A stretch of 32,912 bases of DNA from Candidatus Bathyarchaeia archaeon (GTDB lineage: Archaea; Thermoproteota; Bathyarchaeia; 40CM-2-53-6). This document shows, piece after piece, positions 1-7,480 of this stretch (positions are counted from its first letter, which is position 1; each line of letters starts with the position of its first letter). Location of the stretch: the NCBI GenBank assembly GCA_049517415.1, contig JBEKSC010000029.1:1-32912 (forward strand), read 5' to 3'. The position numbers and the translations under genes are program-made. The notes beneath the pieces are model-generated. The model searched no databases. It saw only the letters and a program-made list of their open reading frames with translations, and was not told the DNA's origin.

Positions 1-324
1 GGGGGACAAATTGCTGCACAAACTGCGGCCGAAGCATTCCAGAACAACCGGTTCGACAAGGGATTTCTCAACCGTTACGAGCGACGGTGCAGAAATGCCT
101 TCGGAACTGATTTTGATGTCGCGTACCGTGTAGCCTGCTTCAGCTTCCTGGAGCAATATGACATGGAGCGGGTGGCCAGGTTCTTTTTCTCGAACAGGAA
201 GATGCAGGAGTGCATGGTTGGATTATTGGACGGCTCGTTGCGATATCGGGATGTGGAACTGAAGTTGGCGTGGCCTTACTTCAAGTACCGCCTCGCCAAG
301 TTAGAGCTACCCTTCTACTCCTGA
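1..324 (+). CDS. C-terminal part of a geranylgeranyl reductase-family FAD oxidoreductase (5'-truncated by window)
   Basis: Frame 1 is open from base 1 to TGA at 322-324: GGQIAAQTAAEAFQNNRFDKGFLNRYERRCRNAFG..., matching the 'G..AA..A..A.....D...L..Y' C-terminal pattern of GGR-family proteins. Confidence 0.55.
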   Translation, partial: GGQIAAQTAAEAFQNNRFDKGFLNRYERRCRNAFGTDFDVAYRVACFSFLEQYDMERVARFFFSNRKMQECMVGLLDGSLRYRDVELKLAWPYFKYRLAKLELPFYS

Positions 325-376
325 ACCAGCCCATATCCTGAAAGCCCGCGGTCACTACTTTGGGTATGAGCGCAGA

Positions 377-1411
377 ATGAAAACAAGCTTTGATCGAAGC
401 GAGTTCTACAGTCGACAAATGGTGTTAAGCGAGCTGGGTGCAAGCGGCCAAAAGAAACTTAGGAACTCAAAAGTCGCCGTCGTAGGTTTGGGCGGCCTAG
501 GAAGTGTTTCAGCACTTTACCTTGCTTTAGCCGGACTCGGCAGGCTAACGCTTGTGGACCAGGACACCGTTGAGATGAATAATTTACACCGGCAGATCCT
601 GTATTCGCTCGAAGACATCAGATATCCGAAGGTCGAGGCAGCCGCTCGAAGGATTGGCATGATCAACCCGGAAGTTCAAGTCACCCCTGTCCCAGAGAAT
701 TTGGATGCCGAGAATGTTTCAGCAATTTTGGAGGGAGCGGATTGCGTCGTCGATGGGCTTGACAACATGGAGACAAGGTACACAATCAACCAATATTGCG
801 TAGAGAGGAAGATACCGTTCGTTTTTGGTGGCGCAATCGGAATGGAAGGAAACGTAGCCTTACTCAAAAGCCCCGAAACCCCCTGCCTCCAATGCGTCTT
901 ACCGGGCTTGAAAGACGTAGACCTTCCAACCTGCGATACTCGCGGAGTCTTAGGTGCGACGACGGGGATTGTCGGCGCTATTCAAGCATTGGAGGCGATC
1001 AAGGCCCTCGCGGGAATTGAACCACAGTCCAGAGGCAAATTATTGATCTTCGACTTCGCGCAATCAGAATATAGAACGGTGAACCTGAACATCCGACCAG
1101 ACTGTGAAATCTGCCAAGTAAAACCAACAACCATCCCAACCTACGCCCGTCGGCTCGCGTGGCTGTGCGGGTCTGACACTGCAAATGTCAACCCTGAGAA
1201 ACCTCTGTCGCTCGATTTAGAAAAACTGACACGAACTCTTACGCGAAACTACAAGGTTCTTTTGGCGACGCCGATGGTCATTGTCTTCGACTTTCATGGG
1301 CATGAAATAAGCCTATTTAGTAAGGGACGAATGCTCATCAAGAACGTGCAAGACGAGAGAGAAGCTCTTTCAGTTTCGAGCGAAGTCGCCAAGTTACTTG
1401 ATGCAGGTTGA
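377..1411 (+). CDS. ThiF/MoeB/UbaA family E1-like adenylyltransferase with C-terminal extension domain
   Basis: YSRQ, GLGGLGS nucleotide-binding loop, D-x-DTVEMNNLHRQ, DGLDN, Zn ligands CLQC and CEIC, catalytic-position Cys in PTCDTRGVLG. Confidence 0.93.
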   Translation: MKTSFDRSEFYSRQMVLSELGASGQKKLRNSKVAVVGLGGLGSVSALYLALAGLGRLTLVDQDTVEMNNLHRQILYSLEDIRYPKVEAAARRIGMINPEVQVTPVPENLDAENVSAILEGADCVVDGLDNMETRYTINQYCVERKIPFVFGGAIGMEGNVALLKSPETPCLQCVLPGLKDVDLPTCDTRGVLGATTGIVGAIQALEAIKALAGIEPQSRGKLLIFDFAQSEYRTVNLNIRPDCEICQVKPTTIPTYARRLAWLCGSDTANVNPEKPLSLDLEKLTRTLTRNYKVLLATPMVIVFDFHGHEISLFSKGRMLIKNVQDEREALSVSSEVAKLLDAG

Positions 1412-2103
1412 CAGAACTGACACTTCAAACGTTAGCTCCAAAATGGCCTACCCTAAAATTATCCGGACGGTCGGTCTTTCTCATTTCAGGCGGGATTGAT
1501 TCCCCCGTTGCGGCATGGCTGCTGATTAGGAAAGGTGTTGAACCCATCTTCGCCTATTTCGACAATTATCCGTTATGCGACCAGGCCGCTGAGGGCATTG
1601 CCCTAGAGACCATCCGTAAGGTCTGCGAGAAGACGAACGTTCGAAATTCAAAAGTGTTCATTGTTTCACATTCGCCCGACCTACAGGAGATATTGTCGAA
1701 ATGCCCTGCCAAGTTTGCATGTATGCTTTCTAGGCGTGTGATGTTCAGAGTTGCCGAACGAATAGCTGAGCGTGAGAATTGCTCTTCGATCGTCACGGGT
1801 GACGCGGTTGGGCAGAAGGCGAGTCAGACGCTTCAGAATATTGTAGCGGCAGACTGCGTTCTCAGCAAGGTGCGTGTGCTCAGACCACTTGTGGGTATGA
1901 ATAAGCAGCAAATCGTGACGTATGCTAAAGAGATTGGAACCTACGAGATTTCGATACGCCCAGGGGTCGCCAGCTGTGGCGTTCCAACAAACAACCCCAG
2001 CACCTCTGCAAAGAGGAGTCAACTAACAGATGTCGAGGCGGCGTTAGACGTGGAAGGAATGGTTAGCAGAGATGTTGAGAACGCCCGCGTCATTTTCATT
2101 TAG
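1408..2103 (+). CDS. thiI: ThiI-like PP-loop sulfurtransferase, catalytic domain only (no NFLD/THUMP)
   Basis: LISGGIDSPVA PP-loop, TGDAVGQKASQTLQN, RPLVGMNK, EIGTYEIS; only 231 aa; TTG start overlaps the upstream stop (TTGA). Confidence 0.85.
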   Translation: MTELTLQTLAPKWPTLKLSGRSVFLISGGIDSPVAAWLLIRKGVEPIFAYFDNYPLCDQAAEGIALETIRKVCEKTNVRNSKVFIVSHSPDLQEILSKCPAKFACMLSRRVMFRVAERIAERENCSSIVTGDAVGQKASQTLQNIVAADCVLSKVRVLRPLVGMNKQQIVTYAKEIGTYEISIRPGVASCGVPTNNPSTSAKRSQLTDVEAALDVEGMVSRDVENARVIFI

Positions 2104-2106
2104 AGT

Positions 2107-2424
2107 TTAGTTGTGGAACTCTTTCATAACTAGGCTCATAACATCCGTGGCGGCAGCATGCGCAACCTGCTCGGAGCTAGCTTTCCGAACTATCATTCGC
2201 CCATCCCTTCTAAGCGTGATTTCCTGCCCTGCCCTGTTCTTCAGGATAACGAAATGAGGTGTCCACATCATCACTTCGTGCTTATGGATTGGCTGACCCT
2301 TCATCCCCTCAATATCGACCGCTAGGGGCTTCCTTGGAATAGCTTCAAAGGAAAGATGATCCGAACACAACTTGAAAAACAACGGTGACAAATTTCCGTG
2401 AGAATCAGTCACCCAGATCACCAA
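2107..2424 (-). CDS. Small protein homologous to the C-terminal domain of the neighbouring E1-like enzyme
   Basis: Manual alignment: LCSDHLSFEAIPRKPLAVDIE...VMMWTP...GQEITLRRDGRMIVR vs LCGSDTANVNPEKPLSLDLE...VLLATP...GHEISLFSKGRMLIK. Confidence 0.75.
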   Translation of the reverse strand: MVIWVTDSHGNLSPLFFKLCSDHLSFEAIPRKPLAVDIEGMKGQPIHKHEVMMWTPHFVILKNRAGQEITLRRDGRMIVRKASSEQVAHAAATDVMSLVMKEFHN

Positions 2425-2462
2425 GTTGAGAACTGTCGTCGAATTGCAGGTACACGTGCAGG

Positions 2463-2470
2463 TTTATTAG
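2463..2470 (+). promoter_or_regulatory. Putative TATA box of the tRNA-Cys gene
   Basis: TTTATTAG lies about 26-33 nt upstream of a pyrimidine-purine step at T2495/G2496. Confidence 0.45.
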
Positions 2471-2515
2471 AGCTATGTGCTCCAACGATTCTTTTGCCGG
2501 GGAGAATGCCGGGGT

Positions 2516-2548
2516 TGGTCTTTGGCTCTATAGCCTATGGCCACCGAA
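2516..2548 (+). other. tRNA intron at position 8/9 (33 nt)
   Basis: BHB: outer pairs G1-C11 and C2-G10, bulge AA|G, central helix CGGG:ACCG (3 of 4 paired), bulge GU|U, inner helix GGUC:GGCC. Confidence 0.75.
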
Positions 2549-2577
2549 GGCCGAACGGTCCAGGCGGCGGGCTGCAG

Positions 2578-2596
2578 TAGACAATAGCTTGCCGCA
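2578..2596 (+). other. tRNA intron at canonical position 37/38 (19 nt)
   Basis: Anticodon stem GCGGG:CCCGC, central helix CUGC:GCCG (one U.C mismatch), bulges AG|U and CA|A. Confidence 0.85.
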
Positions 2597-2607
2597 ACCC
2601 GCAGTAT

Positions 2608-2627
2608 AGAAAGCGAAGGTCGCTGAG
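2608..2627 (+). other. tRNA intron at position 48/49 (20 nt)
   Basis: BHB: outer helix AACCCG:UGGGUU, bulge AG|G, central helix CAGU:GCUG, bulge AU|A, inner GA:UC. Confidence 0.8.
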
Positions 2628-2763
2628 GTGGGTTCAATTCCCATCCCCGGCTCCAAGTTGTTTACGGTGCTTATCGAGCTTCGGGTAGGGACTTGTCGAA
2701 GCTTTCCGCGGAAATGCTGCTAACTGCTGTCAGGATGTTTGGCGCCACGCATTCCTCTGAACG

Positions 2764-2959
2764 ATGTACTTGGTCGCTGGTGACCATGTACATGGTTTGC
2801 GGCCATGCTACCTCAATCCCGTTTTCGGAAAGGTGTACATGTTCGCTGGTGAACATGTACATATTCAGGCGAAACTTCAGAGGGCCCCCGAAAACACGCT
2901 TGCGCTGCTGAAAGCCCTCTATTGCTCAATGACACTTGGTCGCTGGCGAATTGTGAATG
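2764..2959. repeat. Two ~30-nt palindromic repeats (2764-2793, 2833-2862) plus a degenerate third copy (~2930-2959)
   Basis: ATGTACTTGGTC-GCTGGT-GACCATGTACAT and GTGTACATGTTC-GCTGGT-GAACATGTACAT; third copy shares ACTTGGTCGCTGG. Confidence 0.6.
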
Positions 2960-3317
2960 GTCGACGATTGTGATGCCGAATGATTTTGCGCGTGAGGCGT
3001 CGAGTGCTACCAGCGCGGCCTGTTCTTTCAAGATTGCCGTTCGAACGAATGCTCCGAAGCCGTCCTCTCGGCACACCCTCTAGAGAACCTCTAGATCCTG
3101 TTCAGTGACGAACCTTGCACCATTCGCACCTCATGTCGGGGTACCTCAGGAACATCTCCAACTTTTTTCAGGGGAAGAGGGCGCGCAACTCCTGTTCGCA
3201 TGCAAGAGTTAATGAATTTTTGTCGCTCTTGATTCTGGAAGTTCTTCTACGAAGGGGAACCAGGATTGTTTTCCTTTTGGCGCAAGGGTTTTACGCTTGG
3301 GTGGCAATTGGAACCTT

Positions 3318-3614
3318 ATGAAAGTTGACGAATCTCAACTGGTTTCGCTGAGGATCGAAGACAAGTCGAAGTATGAAGACGCAATCACTTACCTGTACGC
3401 GGGAACGGACCCAGCTGCAGTGCACAAGCCCATAACGATATACAAGGAGAAGAATGCCAGCGCATACCTAGTCGCAGGCCGTTACACTAGCTCAACCGAA
3501 ACTGAGCTAAAGTACAAACCCCTAAATGAAGAAGAACAGAAGATTGTCGTCGCGAAACTCGGTTCCGGGAAGATCGTTAAGTTCCTATCGAAAGAGACCG
3601 CTCCGCGCCCGTAA
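3318..3614 (+). CDS. Hypothetical protein (~98 aa)
   Basis: ORF with protein-like composition; ATG at 3318 preferred over GTG at 3297; no recognisable motif. Confidence 0.6.
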   Translation: MKVDESQLVSLRIEDKSKYEDAITYLYAGTDPAAVHKPITIYKEKNASAYLVAGRYTSSTETELKYKPLNEEEQKIVVAKLGSGKIVKFLSKETAPRP

Positions 3615-3692
3615 CTTCAGATTTACCTTCAAAATCTGTTTACGGAGCAAAGATACCGGTCAGCTCTTTCTCTTCAGAACTGATGTATTGAG

Positions 3693-4562
3693 ATGAATTT
3701 TCGTACTCTCGTTGAAACCGTAGTCGCTCTAGTAGTGTTCGCCTCTGCATATACCTTGGTACGAATCGGCCTGACCGAATTACCGCCGCTAACCTTGGCA
3801 GCCCTGCGATTCATTCTGGCATCATGCCTGATCGTACCCTTTACCCTATTTCGTTACCACGGCAGCGCTTCGAGCATCAGTAGAAGAGACTTACCAATCT
3901 TGTTTGGCCTGACGATTGTTCAAATATTCATGCCGAATGTTCTCCAGAACATTGGGCTTGAGTACACCACTGCCTCGGTGACCAGCGTCCTTCAGTCAAC
4001 AACGCCCGTCTTCACTTTGCTGCTCTCGTTCACCTTCCTTAAGGAGGATGTTGGGCTGAGGGAGTTGGTAGGAGTAACGGTTGCGATGCTCGGTGTAATC
4101 CTCCTATCAACGGGAGGCAACGTCGCGAACCTTGCTGGATCAATGTTCCTCGGTAACTTGCTCCAAGTCGGAGTCGCAGCTTCCTACGCTGTGTCCGGAA
4201 TCGTTGGAAAACGTTTGTTGAGGAAATATCAACCGATGTTCATAATGACACTGACATTTGTATTCGGCGGTGCATTGCTAACAGTCTTCGCGGTAATCTT
4301 CGAAAGAAATCTGTGGCCGGCGGCGCTCTCGAACAAGGTCATATTAGCGCTGTTAATGCTCTCGTTCATGTACTGCGTTGGTCTTGTGTGCTGGTTTGAT
4401 GTCCTCAAACGTACTGGCGTATTCCGTCTCTATGTTCTTCTCTTTACGATGCCTGTTCTGGCTGTTCTAATTTCAATCATCGTCTTGAGAGAAAGTTTCA
4501 CCGCGCTCGACATTGTCTTCTCCGGGCTAACCCTTCTGGGGGTAGGTATAACACAATTCTGA
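3693..4562 (+). CDS. EamA/DMT family transporter
   Basis: About 10 TM helices in two repeats; LPPLTLAALRF, GLEYTTAS..SVLQSTTPVFT..LS..FLKE. Confidence 0.9.
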   Translation: MNFRTLVETVVALVVFASAYTLVRIGLTELPPLTLAALRFILASCLIVPFTLFRYHGSASSISRRDLPILFGLTIVQIFMPNVLQNIGLEYTTASVTSVLQSTTPVFTLLLSFTFLKEDVGLRELVGVTVAMLGVILLSTGGNVANLAGSMFLGNLLQVGVAASYAVSGIVGKRLLRKYQPMFIMTLTFVFGGALLTVFAVIFERNLWPAALSNKVILALLMLSFMYCVGLVCWFDVLKRTGVFRLYVLLFTMPVLAVLISIIVLRESFTALDIVFSGLTLLGVGITQF

Positions 4563-4682
4563 AAGACCAATTGACAAGGCTCCCCCAACGCAGCCCAACA
4601 TATGTTGTCGCACTAACCGAATTTTAATTGTAGTCGAATAGGGCTGACTGGTCGAGGGAACCTGGGGAACGTTTCCTGCAGG

Positions 4683-4979
4683 TCAGCGGCCAGTGGAGAA
4701 CGTTACTGCTGTGACGGTAAGACCCACTAGAAATAGAATGAGTCCTACCAAAACCCAGGCCAACCAGGCAGGCATCAATATCGCGAGCCACCTAACCGCC
4801 CCAACAGCCAGAAAAGCTATTCCGAGAACGGAGATAACAACTCCCGCGAGAATAAGGCCGACAGCTCGAGCTACCCGTTTTGCCAATCTTTCCGCTGGTT
4901 TGGCGATGCCGCCTAAGACTTCACGCAGAACTAACCGTGCAAGCCTCTCAAACAAGGTAGAGGTTTCTTTTTCTGGCAA
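4683..4979 (-). CDS. YqjE-like / phage-holin-family 2-TM membrane protein
   Basis: Basic amphipathic N-terminus followed by two TM helices with PAWLAWVLVG; TTG at 4979 lies 10 nt after the upstream stop. Confidence 0.55.
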   Translation of the reverse strand: MPEKETSTLFERLARLVLREVLGGIAKPAERLAKRVARAVGLILAGVVISVLGIAFLAVGAVRWLAILMPAWLAWVLVGLILFLVGLTVTAVTFSTGR

Positions 4980-4989
4980 TTCTGTTCGC

Positions 4990-5208
4990 CTATTCGCTGG
5001 ACCTGGATAACGCAACTCCTAGCGCCATCCCGGCTACGAAAGCTACACCAAGGGCTAGGATAGGGTGGTCTGTTACTTTTTGCGCAGCTCGCTCCTGAAG
5101 GGCATCCATCTGCACCTTGAGTTCGCTTAGACGCCTGTCCATATCCTTCTTGAGCTCTTTGACTGATACCTCGACCTTTTCGGCTTCCCGACTTTCTTTC
5201 TTCGACAA
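4990..5208 (-). CDS. ElaB/YqjD (DUF883)-like tail-anchored membrane protein
   Basis: Coiled-coil N-terminus plus C-terminal HPILALGVAFVAGMALGVAL. Confidence 0.7.
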   Translation of the reverse strand: MSKKESREAEKVEVSVKELKKDMDRRLSELKVQMDALQERAAQKVTDHPILALGVAFVAGMALGVALSRSSE

Positions 5209-5234
5209 TCAACTAACGCCTCAATAAGTGCAGG

Positions 5235-5435
5235 TCAATGAGTTCTTCTGTTCCCATTGCATAAGGCGACCCCAACAAGTAAGCCGAACGCGAAAGCCAA
5301 TCCGGTCACAAGCAGCGGGCTATCTTGCGTTGCTTTCCGAAATTCCCGCAGTAAATCCTTCGGGGCCCGCATATCTAGAATATCTTCAACTTCCTCGTCG
5401 GAATAGTCACCCTTTTTCTGTGTCGGCTTCGACAT
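5235..5435 (-). CDS. Second ElaB/YqjD (DUF883)-like tail-anchored protein
   Basis: C-terminal SPLLVTGLAFAFGLLVGVAL, paralogous to the downstream gene. Confidence 0.62.
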   Translation of the reverse strand: MSKPTQKKGDYSDEEVEDILDMRAPKDLLREFRKATQDSPLLVTGLAFAFGLLVGVALCNGNRRTH

Positions 5436-5560
5436 ATGTCTCTATTCTGCTAACAATTAGCCCCAACAAATATGTATTTGCGTTCTATGTCAGACCAGCA
5501 ATCAGCCTCGAAATGGCGGACACCTATAAGGCTGGAGCTTTGAAGAACAGGTGCATTGGG

Positions 5561-6061
5561 ATGGGCACGATGCAAGACGTGAAAAGGCAGACTAGCTATA
5601 TCCTACCTAGACTCAGGGAGGCTAGAAGACTCCCCTCCTCTGACCTTACGTCGAGCGTGGAAGACTATCTTGAAGTCATCTACGAGTTGATGAAAGAGAG
5701 GGGCTATGCGAGGTCAGTTGACATTTCTGAATACTTAGGGGTTAAGTCTCCAAGCGTTACGAACATGTTGCAAAGGCTGCATGGCATGGGGCTCGTTGTC
5801 TATGAGCGCTATAGAGGAATTACGCTAACTGAAAGGGGTAAACGTTTGGCACGCTCCGTGGAACAACGCCACCTTGTCATAACTCGGTTCCTTCGAATTC
5901 TAGGCGTGAGCGAGAGCATTGCGAACTCAGATGCCGAGGGCATTGAGCACCACGTCCACGAAGCAACGATCGAGCGAATCAGTAAATTCGTCGACTTTGT
6001 CGAGAAGAACAGAGCTTGGTTTGACGTCTTTGACCGTCCGGCAAAGAGGGGCCGACCTTAG
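5561..6061 (+). CDS. mntR: DtxR/MntR family metal-dependent transcriptional regulator
   Basis: EDYLEVIYEL, ARSVDISEYLGVKSPSVT, RH..I..FL..LGV, DAEGIEHH; start reassigned to ATG 5561 because the longer ORF overlaps an opposite-strand gene. Confidence 0.9.
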   Translation: MGTMQDVKRQTSYILPRLREARRLPSSDLTSSVEDYLEVIYELMKERGYARSVDISEYLGVKSPSVTNMLQRLHGMGLVVYERYRGITLTERGKRLARSVEQRHLVITRFLRILGVSESIANSDAEGIEHHVHEATIERISKFVDFVEKNRAWFDVFDRPAKRGRP

Positions 6062-6092
6062 GGTTAAGCGTCAATAACTCGGCTTTCCGAAC

Positions 6093-6128
6093 TTTATTAT
6101 ATCCATCTAATTTTGCATAGGGGAGATT
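6093..6128 (+). promoter_or_regulatory. Putative mntH TATA box and MntR operator
   Basis: TTTATTAT at 6093-6100 followed by the imperfect palindrome AATTTTGCATAGGGGAGATT (6109-6128), between mntR and mntH. Confidence 0.4.
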
Positions 6129-6161
6129 TTCCAAATGGAAAGTTGACCCACGACAGAAAAT

Positions 6162-7460
6162 GTGACACGGCTATTGGGCATCACCAAGAAAGACGCGTTG
6201 GTACGTCTGTCTAGATTGCCGGTGCCTAGAGTTTTCTGGCGTGATTTGTGGAATTATTTCGGGCCCGCGTTGATCGTAAGCGTTGCGTATATGGATCCGG
6301 GTAATTACGGGACTGACATCAGCGGGGGTGCGTCCTACGGTTACAGCATGCTATGGATTGTTTGGCTTGCTGGAATAATGGCTATGCTTTTGCAATATCT
6401 CTCGGGAAAGCTCGGCATAGCTACCGGTCATTCTCTTCCGGAACTCATGCGCACATATCTCAAGAAACGTACCTACATCGTGCTTTGTTGGTTGGCTGCG
6501 GAAATAGCGGCCGTTATGACGGACCTCGCAGAATTCCTAGGGACTGTCATTGCACTGAACTTACTCTTTGGAATACCGCTTCTCTATGGGACCTTTCTCT
6601 CTGTTTTCGATGTCATTCTCATCATGGGCGTAACGGGCGGTAGGGTCCGCAGGACGGAGTATATTTTCATGGCCCTAGTATCTACGATTGGCATTGGGTA
6701 TGTGTTCGAGATTTTCATTACGGGGCCTAGTTTGGCCCCATTGCTGTTAGGGTCGGTGATTCCGAACCTAGCTTCGACGGATCGGGTTCTAATCGCGGTG
6801 GGTGTGATCGGTGCTACGGTCATGCCCCACGCCGTTTTCGTTCATTCTGCTCTTGCGAACGATAAGATAACCGACCCGAGCATTGAAACGAAAAATCGAG
6901 TGATGCGCCTCCATAAAGTTGAGAGCATCATCATGTTCACTTTCGCAGGCCTCGTGAATGCTGCCATCATGGTAATGGCTGCTGCAGCGTTTGGTTCACG
7001 TGGATTAGCTGTGGCCACGATTCAGGACGCATACTTGACCCTTGTCCCCCTGTTTGGGCCCGCCGCCGCCGTAGTGTTTGGAATCACGCTCCTCGCGTCA
7101 GGGCTTTCATCCTCAACAACGGGAACCATTGCTGGTCAAGCTATGATGGAAGGAATGCTCGGTCGAAAGATGAACATCTGGGTTCGTAGAATTGTAACGA
7201 GGCTGATCAACACTGTCCCGACCACAATCGCCATTCTGTTAGGAATAGAACCGCTTTTGATTCTGGTCTACAGCCAAGTGGCATTGAGCCTACTGCTTCC
7301 CCTCCCGCTTCTTCCTTTGTGGAAGTTCACGAGGGACAAGAACTTGATGGGCCCATTTGTCAACAAACAAATAACCAGTATTCTTGCTGCAGTTTTCATT
7401 TTGATCATAATCGTGTTCAATGCTCTCTTGCTCTATCTCAGCTTCGGTGGAAGCATCTAG
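6162..7460 (+). CDS. mntH: NRAMP family Mn2+/Fe2+ transporter
   Basis: AYMDPGN, GATVMPH, GTIAGQ, LILVYSQV motifs. Confidence 0.95.
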   Translation: MTRLLGITKKDALVRLSRLPVPRVFWRDLWNYFGPALIVSVAYMDPGNYGTDISGGASYGYSMLWIVWLAGIMAMLLQYLSGKLGIATGHSLPELMRTYLKKRTYIVLCWLAAEIAAVMTDLAEFLGTVIALNLLFGIPLLYGTFLSVFDVILIMGVTGGRVRRTEYIFMALVSTIGIGYVFEIFITGPSLAPLLLGSVIPNLASTDRVLIAVGVIGATVMPHAVFVHSALANDKITDPSIETKNRVMRLHKVESIIMFTFAGLVNAAIMVMAAAAFGSRGLAVATIQDAYLTLVPLFGPAAAVVFGITLLASGLSSSTTGTIAGQAMMEGMLGRKMNIWVRRIVTRLINTVPTTIAILLGIEPLLILVYSQVALSLLLPLPLLPLWKFTRDKNLMGPFVNKQITSILAAVFILIIIVFNALLLYLSFGGSI

Positions 7461-7480
7461 CGCAGATACTGGCCCGGTCT

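Larger units (their letters stand above)
2508..2655 (+). tRNA. tRNA-Cys(GCA) with three introns and encoded CCA
   Basis: Removing 2516-2548, 2578-2596 and 2608-2627 gives a 76-nt cloverleaf GCCGGGG UG GCCG AACGGUCCA GGC G GCGGG CUGCAGA CCCGC AGUAU GUGGG UUCAAUU CCCAU CCCCGGC U CCA; anticodon GCA at 2574-2576, U73 discriminator, A15:U48. Confidence 0.9.

Noticed and set aside
2603..2627. Long variable arm (Ser/Leu/Sec-type tRNA)
   Set aside because: GCA anticodon and U73 indicate Cys, and a BHB removes exactly 20 nt to leave a normal 5-nt variable loop
2764..2959. CRISPR array (30-nt palindromic repeats with a 39-nt spacer)
   Set aside because: Only two good, non-identical copies; irregular third spacing (97 vs 69 nt); similarity extends into the 'spacers'; no cas genes in the window
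5228..5560. N-terminal extension of MntR in the ORF track
   Set aside because: Overlaps an opposite-strand DUF883-like gene and the divergent promoter region; the DtxR domain starts much later
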